Below are positions 1 through 40,420 of a stretch of DNA of 64,000 nucleotides, one piece after another. Position 1 is the first letter of the stretch. The number at the start of each line of letters is the position of its first letter. Below the pieces are notes generated by a model. That model was not told the origin of the DNA. It saw nothing but the letters and a program-made list of their open reading frames with translations, and made no database searches. The position numbers were made by a program, and so were the translations under genes. Source of the DNA: Saccostrea cucullata (taxonomy: Eukaryota); assembly GCF_032062105.1 (NCBI RefSeq), contig NW_026923439.1:62001-126000 (forward strand), read 5' to 3'.

Positions 1-26506
<26,506 letters not shown>

Positions 26507-28902
26507 GATGTCCTCAGAATCTCAGTCCCTTCTGGAGATTACCTCCCAGCACTGAATCACTTTATCCATCTCTCCCACAAAGCTGCAGAATTTTTTTCAC
26601 AGTATATATATATACAAAGAAAAATATTCTATTCAAAACTCTTACACAATGCTTACGATTCTCTTTGGCAGCAGAGCATATATTGAAAATTATCCAAAAC
26701 TTCTAAAAGTCACTAAAATTGGCTGATATAAACACACTGGCATTCTATTTCTAACTGGCTAGAGTCTTCTGGGTATTAATACATGCAGGGCGAATTAATG
26801 ATTGACAAATCTCCTTCACTAGAATCAAACTTGAATGTGTTATCCCAGGAACAATTAAACTGACAAACTGTCTTATTGATACACTAAAAGAGTAATCTGT
26901 GATAGATCACCACATCTTGACTAAGGCAAAATCAATGTCCACTGGTCTTTCTGAACACCAACCCTTGCCTATTAATTCCACTTCTTACACACAACACACA
27001 CAGGTCTGGATTGCATATAATTCATCAATACATAAAGATCCCTCGGTATTTTTAGGGGGGCACTGACCGCCAGCCCCATAATAATCTATATACAATGTGT
27101 TCCTTACTACTCCCCATAACAGCTCTCTCTCAAAACCACTGTGGGTAAAAAAAAAAAGAAACCACAAAATGATATTTTTAAGGTTTTGGTAATTTCTTGC
27201 CCTCTCACAATAATTGCTTCCATTTCCATTGATCTTCTAAACTATTCTCTCAACCATGAACCACAAGATCTGAAACTGCTAGCATATACCGACTTTGGAT
27301 CTTAGAATTAAATGATATACTATGAAGCTATCAAAAGATTTTACAATTAACATTCTAAGACCTACAGCCTCATTTATGTTTTATCCAACAAAATGCTATG
27401 AACTTCCTCATTAAATCTCAAAGGTGATGAAAACATGTGTAACCTCATCATCTGGTGGCCTAGCTGTACTTTTTGATATTGAAAGAGTTTTCTTTGCCTA
27501 GTGATATATGGTCATAACCTTTACAGTATGTACGGAATCCTGGTTCTACTTGTAAAAGCAGAAATATACACCGGGATTACATTTTTGTTTATTCCTTTGT
27601 TAACTTTTAACAAAGAAATGAAATCCCACACAAAATTTTTATATGACTATAAATTGAATATTTATTTTCGAAGCAACAAAAATTCAATGCCCATTATACT
27701 TTTTGATTGTACAAATCTACAAAATTTTATCCCCAGGAAATATGTGCTTCTGCAGTATTTATGTAAAAATATGGACTAATAAAACAAATTATTGTCTTCT
27801 GCCAATGCACTTAAAACTAATTCAAATAATCACTACAATACATACATGGAATATTGAATGCAATAGGTATTGATTCTCAGCATTCACTGTCAACCTCTTC
27901 AAATCTCATTTATTTGCTAAAAAATACTCAGAGTTCCTGCTTCAACAATTAAAAACATCTGTTATAAACTTTTTAAAATATTAAGCATGGTAAATGGAAG
28001 AACATTTGTACAGACAAACAGACAAAGTGATTTGACATTATAGGTGGGTGTCTTGGTGTTATAGTGAAATTTACATCATTTCATTGAAAACTGCTAAAAT
28101 TATCATGCCTTAACAAAAGTGCTGACAGAAAGATGGACAGCAAGAAGGACAGACAGACAGACAAAAGGATTCCTAGAATTAAATGGTTCCTTCATTCAAT
28201 TAAATGCTGTGTCCCTGATAAAACTTTTGAACTTATAATGGTAGTGTGTTTATCAATTTTATTTGTATGCAAATGGCTGCAAAAAAGGATAAGTCCACAT
28301 AAAAAAAATCCAGACCAAAGTGCAAATTAGTCAATGTCTAGTCCACTTCAAAGAAAGTGCCCCAAGACAGATTGTATCAGAATAATTTGTAATTCATACA
28401 ATTTTAATCTCGGTAGGAGCACCTTATCCTGGTGGGATCTATCTCCCAATCTGTGGGATCTGATTCCCGGTGTAACCCATTCAACCATTAAATATCATCG
28501 TAGAGATGGAGAAGCAGTTCACTGTCTTCCCGGCAAAGATACCAAACAAACTCATTTAGCTGGCCAACTGAAGAACACTGGAGCCAAAGAGAAACCTGCC
28601 ACTGACAATAGAAGGAAGACTTCCTATATAGCAAGCTACAATACACCAATAACAAATCACCTAGGAACTGTAAAAATCAGCAGTTTGTACCTAATGAAAT
28701 TATTGATTGCATCCAAATAATGAAAATAATGGAATGTTAAGAGTAATTTATCACAATTAAGATATAATTGATATCAACTATTCAGTGGCATGCAGAAAAA
28801 CAAACTTCAAAACATATTGTTCCATTAGCAATGTTATGCAATAAATTTGCCCGGATTTATTGATATTAAACATATGAATAAAATGGGTATTCTTTGTCTT
28901 AC

Positions 28903-28939
28903 CTTATAGTGATTCTGCTATGGCTCTGCTGTCCTGTTC
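28903..28939 (-). other. Candidate 37-nt 5'-UTR exon of the PLEKHH gene
   Basis: ttttttaaag|GAACAGG...CTATAAG|gtaagac: strong acceptor and donor upstream of the first coding exon. Confidence 0.4.
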
Positions 28940-30232
28940 CTTTAAAAAATGATTTTTTTTATGATGAGAAAACCATTCATTAACAACATGAAAAGTATTT
29001 AAACTCATGCATCAAATGATGCATCAGAGGAAATTTTCAACTGAGAAAATAATATCTCTTTTTATAAAACATATCTTATTAGTCTTAATATATACCTCTT
29101 AATAGCTTTATTTTTTCCACTTAACCTTAATGCTTTGTATAAAATGTATTTTAAAATGAGAAAGTGCTAGGCTGTATCAGCAAGGATAAGGAATTCTAAA
29201 AATTTCAGATAATATCTTTAAAGGTGCTATTGTCATATTTGTCTTTGTTCCTGATAGTAGCTGGCAGGTCAATCTTTTCACTGACACTTTAAATCATAAT
29301 AATGTGTTTACCCCATAAAGCAAAGACAGCATTAATTATGGTTGGTCACTTTCATACAAAAGATTGACCATAAAGCAGATTTCTGTCATCTCTACTGACC
29401 AATTTTAAAAAAAAAACAAGGTTTTAGAAGACGTGATTAGAAAGTCCTAGCTGACCCAAAACAAATCTGGACCCTTAAGGAATCGTCAATTTAAAATTCA
29501 TTCAGTTTTCCTTTTAATTATAATGGAAAATCAATTTAAAAAAAAAAAAAAAAAACATTTGTGAATAATTTTATTTTTTTAATGTTTAAAGGCTAAGATA
29601 CTCAAATTAGTATGGTTAATTAAGAAATTATGTTGGGGAATATTAATATTATTCATCATACACATGCTCTACCTGGATGCTCATCAATAAACCAGCTATC
29701 CCCCAAGCCAAAAATCAATTACATGTAACACTTCATGCTCCACCAGAAATAATTACACATACATCTATCATATGGCCTCTTCTCATGCAAAAGCCAGTGC
29801 ATATTAATTAGCCAGCAACTATTTCTGGTGAAGAGGAATTTCAGACAATTAACAAAAAGCACAGATGCACTTCCACTATATCAATACCACAAGCAACTGT
29901 TGGTGGTATTCTGTAAGTCTGCTTCATATATATCCTTACCAAGATCAATAGGTCCTCTTATTCACATAGCTCATGTTCAAAGAGACTTTCTGCTGCAGGC
30001 GTTAAACAGGGTTGAAAAATTCACTGCACCTAAAGCTAATATAGGACCAAAAGTAAATGACACTATAGCAAAGACAATACTGTTTTAAAGGGCCTTGCAT
30101 CAATGCATTAATACATCAATGATATATTTTTTCTCTTGAGCAGCTTACAACACATAAAAATTTTATCAAAATGCACTAGTTGATTTATGTGTCAACTGAA
30201 AACCAAAAGATTTAAGACTTCTATTTTAAAGA

Positions 30233-30806
30233 AAAACAAGATGTGTTTGTCAAACACTAATGCCCATGTATGTCAAAGGTTAAAGTTTCTCAAATGCAAA
30301 TAAAATTTCAAGGTCACGGTGAATAGATCAAAATTGTTGGTACATGTGTATCCAAAGGAAAGTCTTGCCCCATGGAATACACATGTGAAATATGAAAGCG
30401 TTAGTACATGAACTACCTGTTCAAAAGTTGGTTCAACTTTTTTTTTTTAAGTGGGTCAAACTCTAAGGTCAAGGTAAAAAATATTTATACCCTTAAAAGG
30501 TCTTGTCACAATGAACACACATGTAAAGTATGAAAGCCCTAGTACCAAGCGTTCAAAAGTTATGGCCAATACTTAAAGTTTGTTATTTTTTGTAAGTGGG
30601 TTATACTCCAAGGACAAGAGGTCAAATTTGGTGGTACCCAAAGAAATGTCATGTCACAAGAAATACACCTGTGAAATATGAAAGCCATACCCCCACCCAC
30701 TCAAAAGTTATGGCAAAGGTTAAAGTTTTTCTGGACAGACAAACAGACTGATGGACAGGGAAAAAAAACTGCACACCCCAGAATCTTTGATTATGGAGCA
30801 TAAAAA
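30233..30806. mobile_element. HINE-like element with ~150-bp internal repeats
   Basis: aacaagatgtgtttgtcaaacactaatgccc start, repeated catgtgaaatatgaaagcc...tcaaaagttatggc units, gacagac microsatellite, gcataaaaa end. Confidence 0.65.
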
Positions 30807-32639
30807 CTGATGCACTTTCATTATAAAAATGCACCATAAGGTTTGCAACAGGCCTACTTTCTTACATCTTGTGCTACACATTTACATACATGTATTTGTA
30901 ACCATTACACTTCAAAAGCTGAATATTCAGAATTATCTGGAAGAGATGTCCATTGTTCTGAAATCACTAAAAAAATATCTTTGTTTTCTGTTATCACAGA
31001 TCTATTGTCTCAGTTGCTCGACTATATTTTATTAAAATATAAAGGAGGAGCATAATATTTTTCTTGCATTAATATATTATCTTGCATGTAGGAGGCAGAA
31101 ATATGCCACCATATATAAGCTATTTTAAAGATGAATAATACAATCTTTGTGAGATATGTAATTGTGAAAATTAAAATACATGTATTACCAGTATGTAAGA
31201 AGAAGGTACAGTTTTTAGCTTTATTGAGCCCTAAAAATGTTATGTCATCAAAAAGTTTTGAAACTGGCTTAAATATTAGTTAAGTTTATGACTGTGACAA
31301 ATCAGGAAAGAGTATGGCATGAGAGTTTACCATTCTGCATATATGACGTCATTAAATGTAATGCATTTCTCTGTTTTAAACAGAAAAAGCCTTAAAATAG
31401 CCCATTTCAAGGGTAATTTTCCTTTAGAAAATAGTGTCCATGCACAGTTAATTTTTTAGTATATGTTGTGCAAAAGTCAATAAAATATCACATATCTCAA
31501 AATCTTAGTGGGCGATGCCTGTGTACAATATTAACTGAAAGAAAATTCCATTGAAAATTGGTGTCTTCTGCAACTTTTTAAGAAAATACGGGAAAATGCA
31601 CATGTTTATGATGTCACAATCAGCATTTTACAACACTGTGAGGAAAATGAATTGTATGATTTTTCTGCATTGAATTTCAACTATTCAGGAAGCAAGAGTG
31701 TTCAACTTTTACACCAGTTTTATTTTTTATAAAATTACAGGGCAGAATTTGTATGGAAACCATTAGCCCCTTCACGGTAACTGCAGTGTACACTTTTGCA
31801 GGGCAAAATAATAACGTTTGGCGAAATTTTTGTTGACAGATAATTAAATGACGTATCTTTAACAATTACTTTTACGTCATATTTCATCAAACTATATCAT
31901 TTTGCCCTGCAAAAGAGAGTACCACAGTTACGATCTATACCTTGTTCTTCAAAAGAGGAGAATCAGCTGTGCTTTTTTTTTTCTTTAAATAACTGGTACC
32001 AGTAAATGGTACTATTCCCATAAAAAGCACTTTTGAACTGTAAAGCACCATTTTTTACTTTTTTAAAATTGGCATGTGCACCGAAGTGGCAGTGTCATCA
32101 GTGAATGATGGTGGCCGCAGTGTGGAAGAAGTAAAAGTAGAAGGTTAATTTTTCCCAGTTTTTTGACTAAAAATTCCCAATCAACTGCATGTTATTGACA
32201 GTGAAGTCTTTCTAACGTGTTACATTTTTGACAACTTAAAAGGGACTTTTATATTTCAAAAGAGACATATAAAATTATGTCTCTGATATTTTAAACAACA
32301 TTTTGAAATTCCGTCTTTAACTGCTTTCCCCTTAGGCCTATCACTGATGACATACTTTTGTATTGATGTTTTCAGCAAAGGTTTAAAAAATTCATTCCAT
32401 TTCAATTGTTAAGAGTTCTATTAAATTACTAGTAGCACTCATGACTGCACTTAGTGTTGAAGCTACTTCAGTCATGCTCTTATTACACCACCTATGCACC
32501 TCCCCCTTTTCGATTTTCTTTGCTTCGTAATTCTAAACTGTTTATTGGATAAAGTGCTAGGTTTTGTGTAAAGCTAGTCAAGATAAACACATGTACTGTA
32601 CCGAAGATTCTTTTTCACAAATTCTGGTGAAAAAAACTT

Positions 32640-32882
32640 AATTTCTTACATCTTTTCCCTGCACGTTGACAGACGATCACTTTCTTCAAACCGGAAGTGT
32701 GTTTGTTGTAGTTTTCAGCAGAGAAGATTTTGTTATTATTTTTTCAAGCTGAGTTAAGTACAGTGGAAAATAATAATTTTTTGCGTATTTGACACTGAAG
32801 TAAATAAATCGATTCTTCTTTTCTTTTTTTTAATGTATTTTTTTAAATAAAAATAATATCCCCGGTACTGACAAGATGGCGG
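32640..32882. promoter_or_regulatory. Left half of the presumed PLEKHH/THADA bidirectional promoter
   Basis: ETS motif CCGGAAGT at 32691-32698; YY1-type CAAGATGGCGG at 32872-32882 cut by the TIR element; candidate minus-strand donor (plus cttac) at 32645-32649. Confidence 0.5.
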
Positions 32883-33417
32883 TGTAACCGTGAAAACTGT
32901 CGCTAGTGCTCAGTGTCGCTCTTAATAGAATATATAGGGGAAAGAGCGACACTGAGCACTGGCTTCTGCGCATGCCTAGGGATTTCGGTCGCTTCAAATC
33001 GAAGCGGTGTCCCACTGAATTTAATTCCATGGTAATAGTATCCAAAGTCGTAGATTTTTATGTTTTCTTTGTTTATTTTAATCTTAAAAGAAGGCAAGAC
33101 AAATAAAATTTTAAAATTTTAGAACTTTTCATATTTTTTTTTTACCTCGTATAGAATTATTAAACGATCTTTTAAATTTCTATATTATAGAGAATAAACG
33201 GCTACACATTTAATCGCGGTAAATTGAACAGATACTTGTATTTAAAAAAAAAAGAAAAAACATGCCACAGTCCCTCAGTCATTTCTTAATAGGTGTGAAC
33301 CGCGCCGTGGGCGTTATCTCAGACAGGTGTCAAAAATTACCTGTTTGTTAATAACTAACAAACATAGCTCCCCATGGTCGATTGATAATTTGATACCAAT
33401 TAAAGGTGTGAACGGAG

Positions 33418-36400
33418 GTTTCAGTTTCAGTTTCTTTATTTCTTTAAGCCAACTGGCCCATCAGAGTTATACAACAAACATGATAATAACAAAAAGAAAA
33501 AACATACAGAGAGAGTGAACGTAAAGAACACATACATGGGAATAATTCTATACATCAATTTTATTTTTTTCTTAACATTGTTGCTTCGTTCAAAAATTTG
33601 CCCAAATTTACGAGATCTTTAATATTGTGAGAACTTAACAGCTGAATTAATTTAAAGACACTAGGCCTAGTATAATAATACTTTTTCAAAAATTTCTTTC
33701 TTATATCAATATACAATGGACATTTCAAAATAAAATGAAATTCATCTTCTATATCATGGAGATTACAACATGTACATAATCTGTTATTTTTAGGTACGTT
33801 ATGGTGTCGACCTGTTTCAATATTCAACGTGTGATTGGATAACCTGAATTTTGTTAATAGCTGTCTTAATTTTTTGTCAATAGGTTTTGTTAAATACCAT
33901 TGCAAACAGAAATTGTCAAATAAATGTTGATATAAATTACACTTTGAAGAGTTTGATATATTTTCTAATATAGCTTGCCTGGAAACATCTAACAGTCGTT
34001 GTTTTATAATGAGATAAGATCTATCATTTAAATTATCTTCTGTCCAAAGTTGACCTAGACCTAAGAGGGACAATTCTTTTTTAATTTGTAAAATCCATTT
34101 GTCATTATGTAATACCATGCTTTCATAACAGGACTTAAGAATGCAATTTTCAGTTGTTCTCAGTTTGATCCAATATTTGAAAATTCTTAATTTCATTGTA
34201 ACTGCTAATGGAAAACGCCCGAGCTCTGAATAAATCAAACTGTTTGAGGTTTTCTTCCCCACACCTAGAGTATTTTTACAGAAATTTAAATGTACCTTTT
34301 CTACGTCAGAACATCTATGAAAACCCCATATCTCAGTTCCATAAAGTAACACGCTACATACATATGTATCAAAAATTGAACATAGAGTTTCTACATTAAA
34401 TTCATACCTCTTTAATTTACTTGAAATAGCAAACATAGCTTTTCTTCCTTGTTCAGCAGCATGCTTCTGCGTTTTTAAAAATTTCCCATTAAAGTTAAAT
34501 AACATACCTAGATATTTAAATTCATTCACAATTTCTAATTCAGCATTATTATAGAACCAGGATTCGTTATTGCGTAATTTACCACCATTTCTAAAGACAA
34601 CAATCTTTGTTTTTGTTACATTAACAGAAAGGCTCCATTCTTCAGTATAATTGTACAGTGTGTTTAACATTTTTTGTAAGCCTTCTGGAGATTCAGCAAA
34701 AATAACCATGTCGTCTGCATACATAAGTATGAATAAATTTAACATCTGTAAATCAATATATGGACAGTTATCTGATATAAAACCAACCTCGAAATCATTT
34801 ACATATAATGAAAATAATATTGGTGATAATGTTTCCCCTTGCATTAAACCTATATCATTGTGGAAGTAATCACTGAGGAAACCATTGTATTTAACACAAC
34901 TTTTAACATTATTGTATAAGGATTTGATTATCTTTAACATTTTACCTTGGATGCCTAAATGAAATAATTTTTGCCATAATTTTATCCTATCAACAGAATC
35001 GAATGCTTTTCGAAAGTCAACAAAACAGCAATATAATCTTTTCTTTATAGAAAGGTACTTATTTATAAGCGATTGCAGAACAAAAATAGCATCAGTTGTT
35101 GACATTCCTTTACGAAACCCAAATTGTGCATCCGTCAATATATCATAGGAGTGCTCCCATTCCAGTATCCTATTGTTTAGAACACTTGTAAATAATTTAC
35201 CAAAACAGCTTACAATAGATATACCACGATAATTGTTAACATCATTCTTATCTCCTTTTTTAAACAATGGAGTAATATATGAAACATTTTGACCATGATT
35301 CAGGGTAAAAACCAGAGTTAAAAATATTATTAAAGAGTTTATGTAGCAGCGGGAGCAATTCGTCGCGGCATTTCATAAACAGTTCGTTAACAATACAATC
35401 TTCTCCACAACTTTTATTTGTTTTTAACTTTTTAATTGCTGTGCATATTTCTTCGTAACTAATCTCTGTATCCAACTCGTCGTATACAGCATCCGAATAG
35501 AATTCTTTTTTCAAGTTGTCGCCCGTGTTAGAACCGAGATTTTTAAAATGAGTGAAGAAATCTTCTAAATTTAAATTACAATCAACATGCTTTGTCTTTT
35601 TCGTTTTAAAAAGTTTAAAGAATTGTTTTGGGTTCTGTTTCTTCAAAAAAGTAAGCATATCGCCCTCATGGCGTTTGTACTGTCGTTTAAGTTTATTTTC
35701 AAATTTTTTGTAAGTTTGTTTAGCGTTTGAAAGAACCTCTCTATTTTCTGATGCTTTATTTACATTAAACACATTTAGTTTTTGTTTGTACTCATTATAA
35801 AGATGTTTACACTTATCGTTAAACCATGGTTTATCCTCATATTCTTTAAATATTTTTATTGTATTAATGCCTTGCTGTGGGTTAGATTCACGAACATCAC
35901 AGAAAGGGAGTACGCAAGTATTTAATAATTCACAGAAGCTATCAACACAAGAATTAACATTCTCGATAGAAGTAAACTCTACATCTACAATACTTTGAAG
36001 CTCGTGTATTTTATTGTTCAAACAATCTTTAACAAGGCAAGAATTTTCGTCCTTCCACTTAACTGACCTCGCATTCACTCTACCGTGACAATTGTTTACT
36101 ACGTGTTCGTTATTCTGAATGGTCGAATATCTCAATGAAACACTAAAGGAAACAGGTGAATGGTCAGAAAAAACTGTAAAATTACCTGATTTGAACTTAC
36201 TTATACTGGATAATTGAGTACTTTCAACCAATACGTAATCTATCAAACTAAAACCTCTTTTACTATAAAAAGTCAAATTACCTACTTCATCACCATTTAT
36301 TCTGCCATTAACTATTCGAAAGCCAGTAGATTTACAAAAATCTAAAAGTTTTCTACCCAAACCATTTACACATTTATCCATATTATTACGCTTTATCGGA

Positions 36401-37210
36401 ACATTATCTTCGACGTAATTATCTTTTAAAAAATCTGAATAAGAGCCGTCTCGTAGAAGTTTATCGTGTTTGATATAGTCATCTTGCTCCGCTGTTCTAG
36501 CATTAAAGTCTCCAAAAATATATACCTGACCTTCATTTTTAAATTCACTATACAATTCCTCTAGTAATTGAAAAAAATTAACATCAACCTTTTCATAAAA
36601 AGAACTATTTTCGGAAGGAATGTAACAAAAAAATAAAAATATTGGGGTTTCACATTCGACTTTTAAGCAAATTACACTATCAAACAAGTTTTTAACTAAT
36701 TTTATCCTTGAACATAAAAAACTTCTATAAAAAATTACAATTCCTCCACCTTTTATTTTTCTGGGAACAATGAAATGTTCGTAACCTACCAAATGAAATT
36801 CATCGTCTGGATTAATCCAGCATTCACAAAGACAGATAACGTCGTAACTAGTAATGAATGAAACAAATTCAAAATGAGACAGTTTTTCGGATAGAGATCT
36901 TGCTATATTCCAAGATAGTACTGAAATTTCACTGCGGTCACTCTCAACGCGTCCCTAAGCGTTGCCACTTGCAGTTGGGTCAGGTGGTTGCTCGTCAGTT
37001 CTGAATTCCATCTCCTCTGGGTGCTTCTCAGACTCGTCTGGGATATAAGGCTTGCCGTCTACAATAAGTTTGTCTCTAACGAGTTTCACGCGCTTACCTT
37101 CGGCACGAAGACGGTGCATAACCGGAAGTAGATGTCTCCTTCGCTCGCTCATATCAGCTGGTAATTGCTCCTGGATGCCGTAGGGCTTGTTTTTGAACCG
37201 AGAACTGAAA
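33418..37210 (-). mobile_element. 5'-truncated non-LTR retrotransposon (APE-RT; RTEX/Daphne-like) with an ORF1 C-terminal remnant
   Basis: ORF1 tail 36955-~37200 (ERRRHLLPVM...VKLVRDKLIVDG). ORF2 has an endonuclease (SWNI, VICLCECW, GDFNART, SLIDY, SDHSP), RT (FVDFRKAFDSV, GLMQGETLSP, YADD) and a C-terminal CxxC...EDEFHFILKC. The 3' end has AATAAA plus a (GAAACT)n tail at ~33418-33440. Confidence 0.9.
33561..36954 (-). pseudogene. LINE ORF2 (endonuclease/reverse transcriptase) broken by one frameshift at ~35276-35281
   Basis: ORFs 35260..36792 and 33561..35267 overlap at SKCFI/TPLFKKGD within an (AT)n run. The frame is open upstream to the ORF1 stop at 36955-36957. Confidence 0.85.
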
Positions 37211-37321
37211 TCTAGTAACGAACCTTAAATATCTGTAATTTATCAAAATATAAGTTGAAAATGTATATAAGTTCTATCAACCAGTTTTTATTTAACAGAT
37301 AAATAACGAGAAACACGCATA

Positions 37322-40300
37322 ATTATGAAGAATGAGTATCAGTGAAAAGTGTGGCTCTTCAAAATGGCAGTTTCCTATTTTCTCACACCTGACTTATATA
37401 TCGTCTGTAAAACAGGTATACAGTAAAATTTCAAGCCGGTTTCAGTTGATATAGATGATTTAAGTATAATTTAATAATTCTAGAAGATAAAATTGTCGAA
37501 AATAATTATTTTGAAATAGTTATGAGCATCAGTGCTGAGTGTCGCTCTCCAAAATGGCAGTTTCCTATTTTCTCACACCTGACTTATATATCGTCTGTAA
37601 AACAGGTATACAGTAAAACTTCAAGCCGGTTTCAGTTGATATAGATGATTTAAGTATAATTTAATAATTCTAGAAGATAAAATTGTCGAAAATAATTATT
37701 TTGAAATAGTTATGAGCATCAGTGCTGAGTGTCGCTCTTCAAAATGGCAGTTTCCTATTTTCTCACACCTGACTTATATATCGTCTGTAAAACAGGTATA
37801 CAGTAAAACTTCAAGCCGGTTTCAGTTGATATAGATGATTTAAGTATAATTTAATAATTCTAGAAGATAAAATTGTCGAAAATAATTATTTTGAAATAGT
37901 TATGAGCATCAGTGCTGAGTGTCGCTCTTCAAAATGACAGTTTCCTATTTTCTCACACCTGACTTATATATCGTCTGTAAAACAGGTATACAGTAAAATT
38001 TCAAGCCGGTTTCAGTTGATATAGATGATTTAAGTATAATTTAATAATTCTACAAGAAAACATTGTCGAAAATAATTATTTTGATATAGTTATGAGCATC
38101 AGTGCTGAGTGTCGCTCTTCAAAATGACAGTTTCCTATTTTCTCACACCTGACTTATATATCGTCTGTAAAACAGGTATACAGTAAAACTTCAAGCCGGT
38201 TTCAGTTGATATAGATGATTTAAGTATAATTTAATAATTCTAGAAGATAAAATTGTCGAAAATAATTATTTTGAAATAGTTATGAGCATCAGTGCTGAGT
38301 GTCGCTCTCCAAAATGGCAGTTTCCTATTTTCTCACACCTGACTTATATATCGTCTGTAAAACAGGTATACAGTAAAATTTCAAGCCGGTTTCAGTTGAT
38401 ATAGATGATTTAAGTATAATTTAATAATTCTAGAAGAAAAAATTGTCGAAAATAATTATTTTGAAATAGTTATGAGCATCAGTGCTGAGTGTCGCTCTTC
38501 AAAATGGCAGTTTCCTATTTTCTCACACCTGACTTATATATCGTCTGTAAAACAGGTATACAGTAAAACTTCAAGCCGGTTTCAGTTGATATAGATGATT
38601 TAAGTATAATTTAATAATTCTAGAAGATAAAATTGTCGAAAATAATTATTTTGAAATAGTTATGAGCATCAGTGCTGAGTGTCGCTCTTCAAAATGGCAG
38701 TTTCCTATTTTCTCACACCTGACTTATATATCGTCTGTAAAACAGGTATACAGTAAAACTTCAAGCCGGTTTCAGTTGATATAGATGATTTAAGTATAAT
38801 TTAATAATTCTAGAAGATAAAATTGTCGAAAATAATTATTTTGAAATAGTTATGAGCATCAGTGCTGAGTGTCGCTCTTCAAAATGGCAGTTTCCTATTT
38901 TCTCACACCTGACTTATATATCGTCTGTAAAACAGGTATACAGTAAAACTTCAAGCCGGTTTCAGTTGATATAGATGATTTAAGTATAATTTAATAATTC
39001 TAGAAGATAAAATTGTCGAAAATAATTATTTTGAAATAGTTATGAGCATCAGTGCTGAGTGTCGCTCTCCAAAATGGCAGTTTCCTATTTTCTCACACCT
39101 GACTTATATATCGTCTGTAAAACAGGTATACAGTAAAATTTCAAGCCGGTTTCAGTTGATATAGATGATTTAAGTATAATTTAATAATTCTAGAAGAAAA
39201 AATTGTCGAAAATAATTATTTTGAAATAGTTATGAGCATCAGTGCTGAGTGTCGCTCTTCAAAATGGCAGTTTCCTATTTTCTCACACCTGACTTATATA
39301 TCGTCTGTAAAACAGGTATACAGTAAAACTTCAAGCCGGTTTCAGTTGATATAGATGATTTAAGTATAATTTAATAATTCTAGAAGATAAAATTGTCGAA
39401 AATAATTATTTTGAAATAGTTATGAGCATCAGTGCTGAGTGTCGCTCTTCAAAATGGCAGTTTCCTATTTTCTCACACCTGACTTATATATCGTCTGTAA
39501 AACAGGTATACAGTAAAATTTCAAGCCGGTTTCAGTTGATATAGATGAATTAAGTATAATTTAATAATTCTAGAAGATAAAATTGTCGAAAATAATTATT
39601 TTGAAATAGTTATGAGCATCAGTGCTGAGTGTCGCTCTTCAAAATGACAGTTTCCTATTTTCTCACACCTGACTTATATATCGTCTGTAAAACAGGTATA
39701 CAGTAAAACTTCAAGCCGGTTTCAGTTGATATAGATGATTTAAGTATAATTTAATAATTCTAGAAGATAAAATTGTCGAAAATAATTATTTTGAAATAGT
39801 TATGAGCATCAGTGCTGAGTGTCGCTCTCCAAAATGGCAGTTTCCTATTTTCTCACACCTGACTTATATATCGTCTGTAAAACAGGTATACAGTAAAATT
39901 TCAAGCCGGTTTCAGTTGATATAGATGATTTAAGTATAATTTAATAATTCTAGAAGAAAAAATTGTCGAAAATAATTATTTTGAAATAGTTATGAGCATC
40001 AGTGCTGAGTGTCGCTCTTCAAAATGGCAGTTTCCTATTTTCTCACACCTGACTTATATATCGTCTGTAAAACAGGTATACAGTAAAACTTCAAGCCGGT
40101 TTCAGTTGATATAGATGATTTAAGTATAATTTAATAATTCTAGAAGATAAAATTGTCGAAAATAATTATTTTGAAATAGTTATGAGCATCAGTGCTGAGT
40201 GTCGCTCTTCAAAATGGCAGTTTCCTATTTTCTCACACCTGACTTATATATCGTCTGTAAAACAGGTATACAGTAAAATTTCAAGCCAGTCTTACTTGAT

Positions 40301-40420
40301 ATACATCGTTTAGGTATAAGTCAATAATTCTAGAGGAAAAAATCGTAGGAAATAATTATTCTGAATTAGTTATGAGCATCAGGGATAAGTGTCGCTCTTC
40401 AAAATGGCAGTTTCATATTT
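37322..40420. repeat. 190-bp tandem repeat (satellite), about 16 near-identical units
   Basis: agtgctgagtgtcgctct recurs at 37531, 37721, 37911 ... 40191 (190-bp period), with degenerate edge units at 37341 and 40381. Confidence 0.97.

Noticed and set aside
28334-28720. 128-aa plus-strand ORF
   Set aside because: No recognisable domain or splice context; lies antisense in the PLEKHH 5' region.
31203-31945. Kolobok-like non-autonomous element (aaggta...tacctt)
   Set aside because: The TIR is too short and there is no TTAA TSD to support the call.
37322-40420. CRISPR-like array
   Set aside because: Units are full-length identical with no unique spacers; eukaryotic context and no cas genes.
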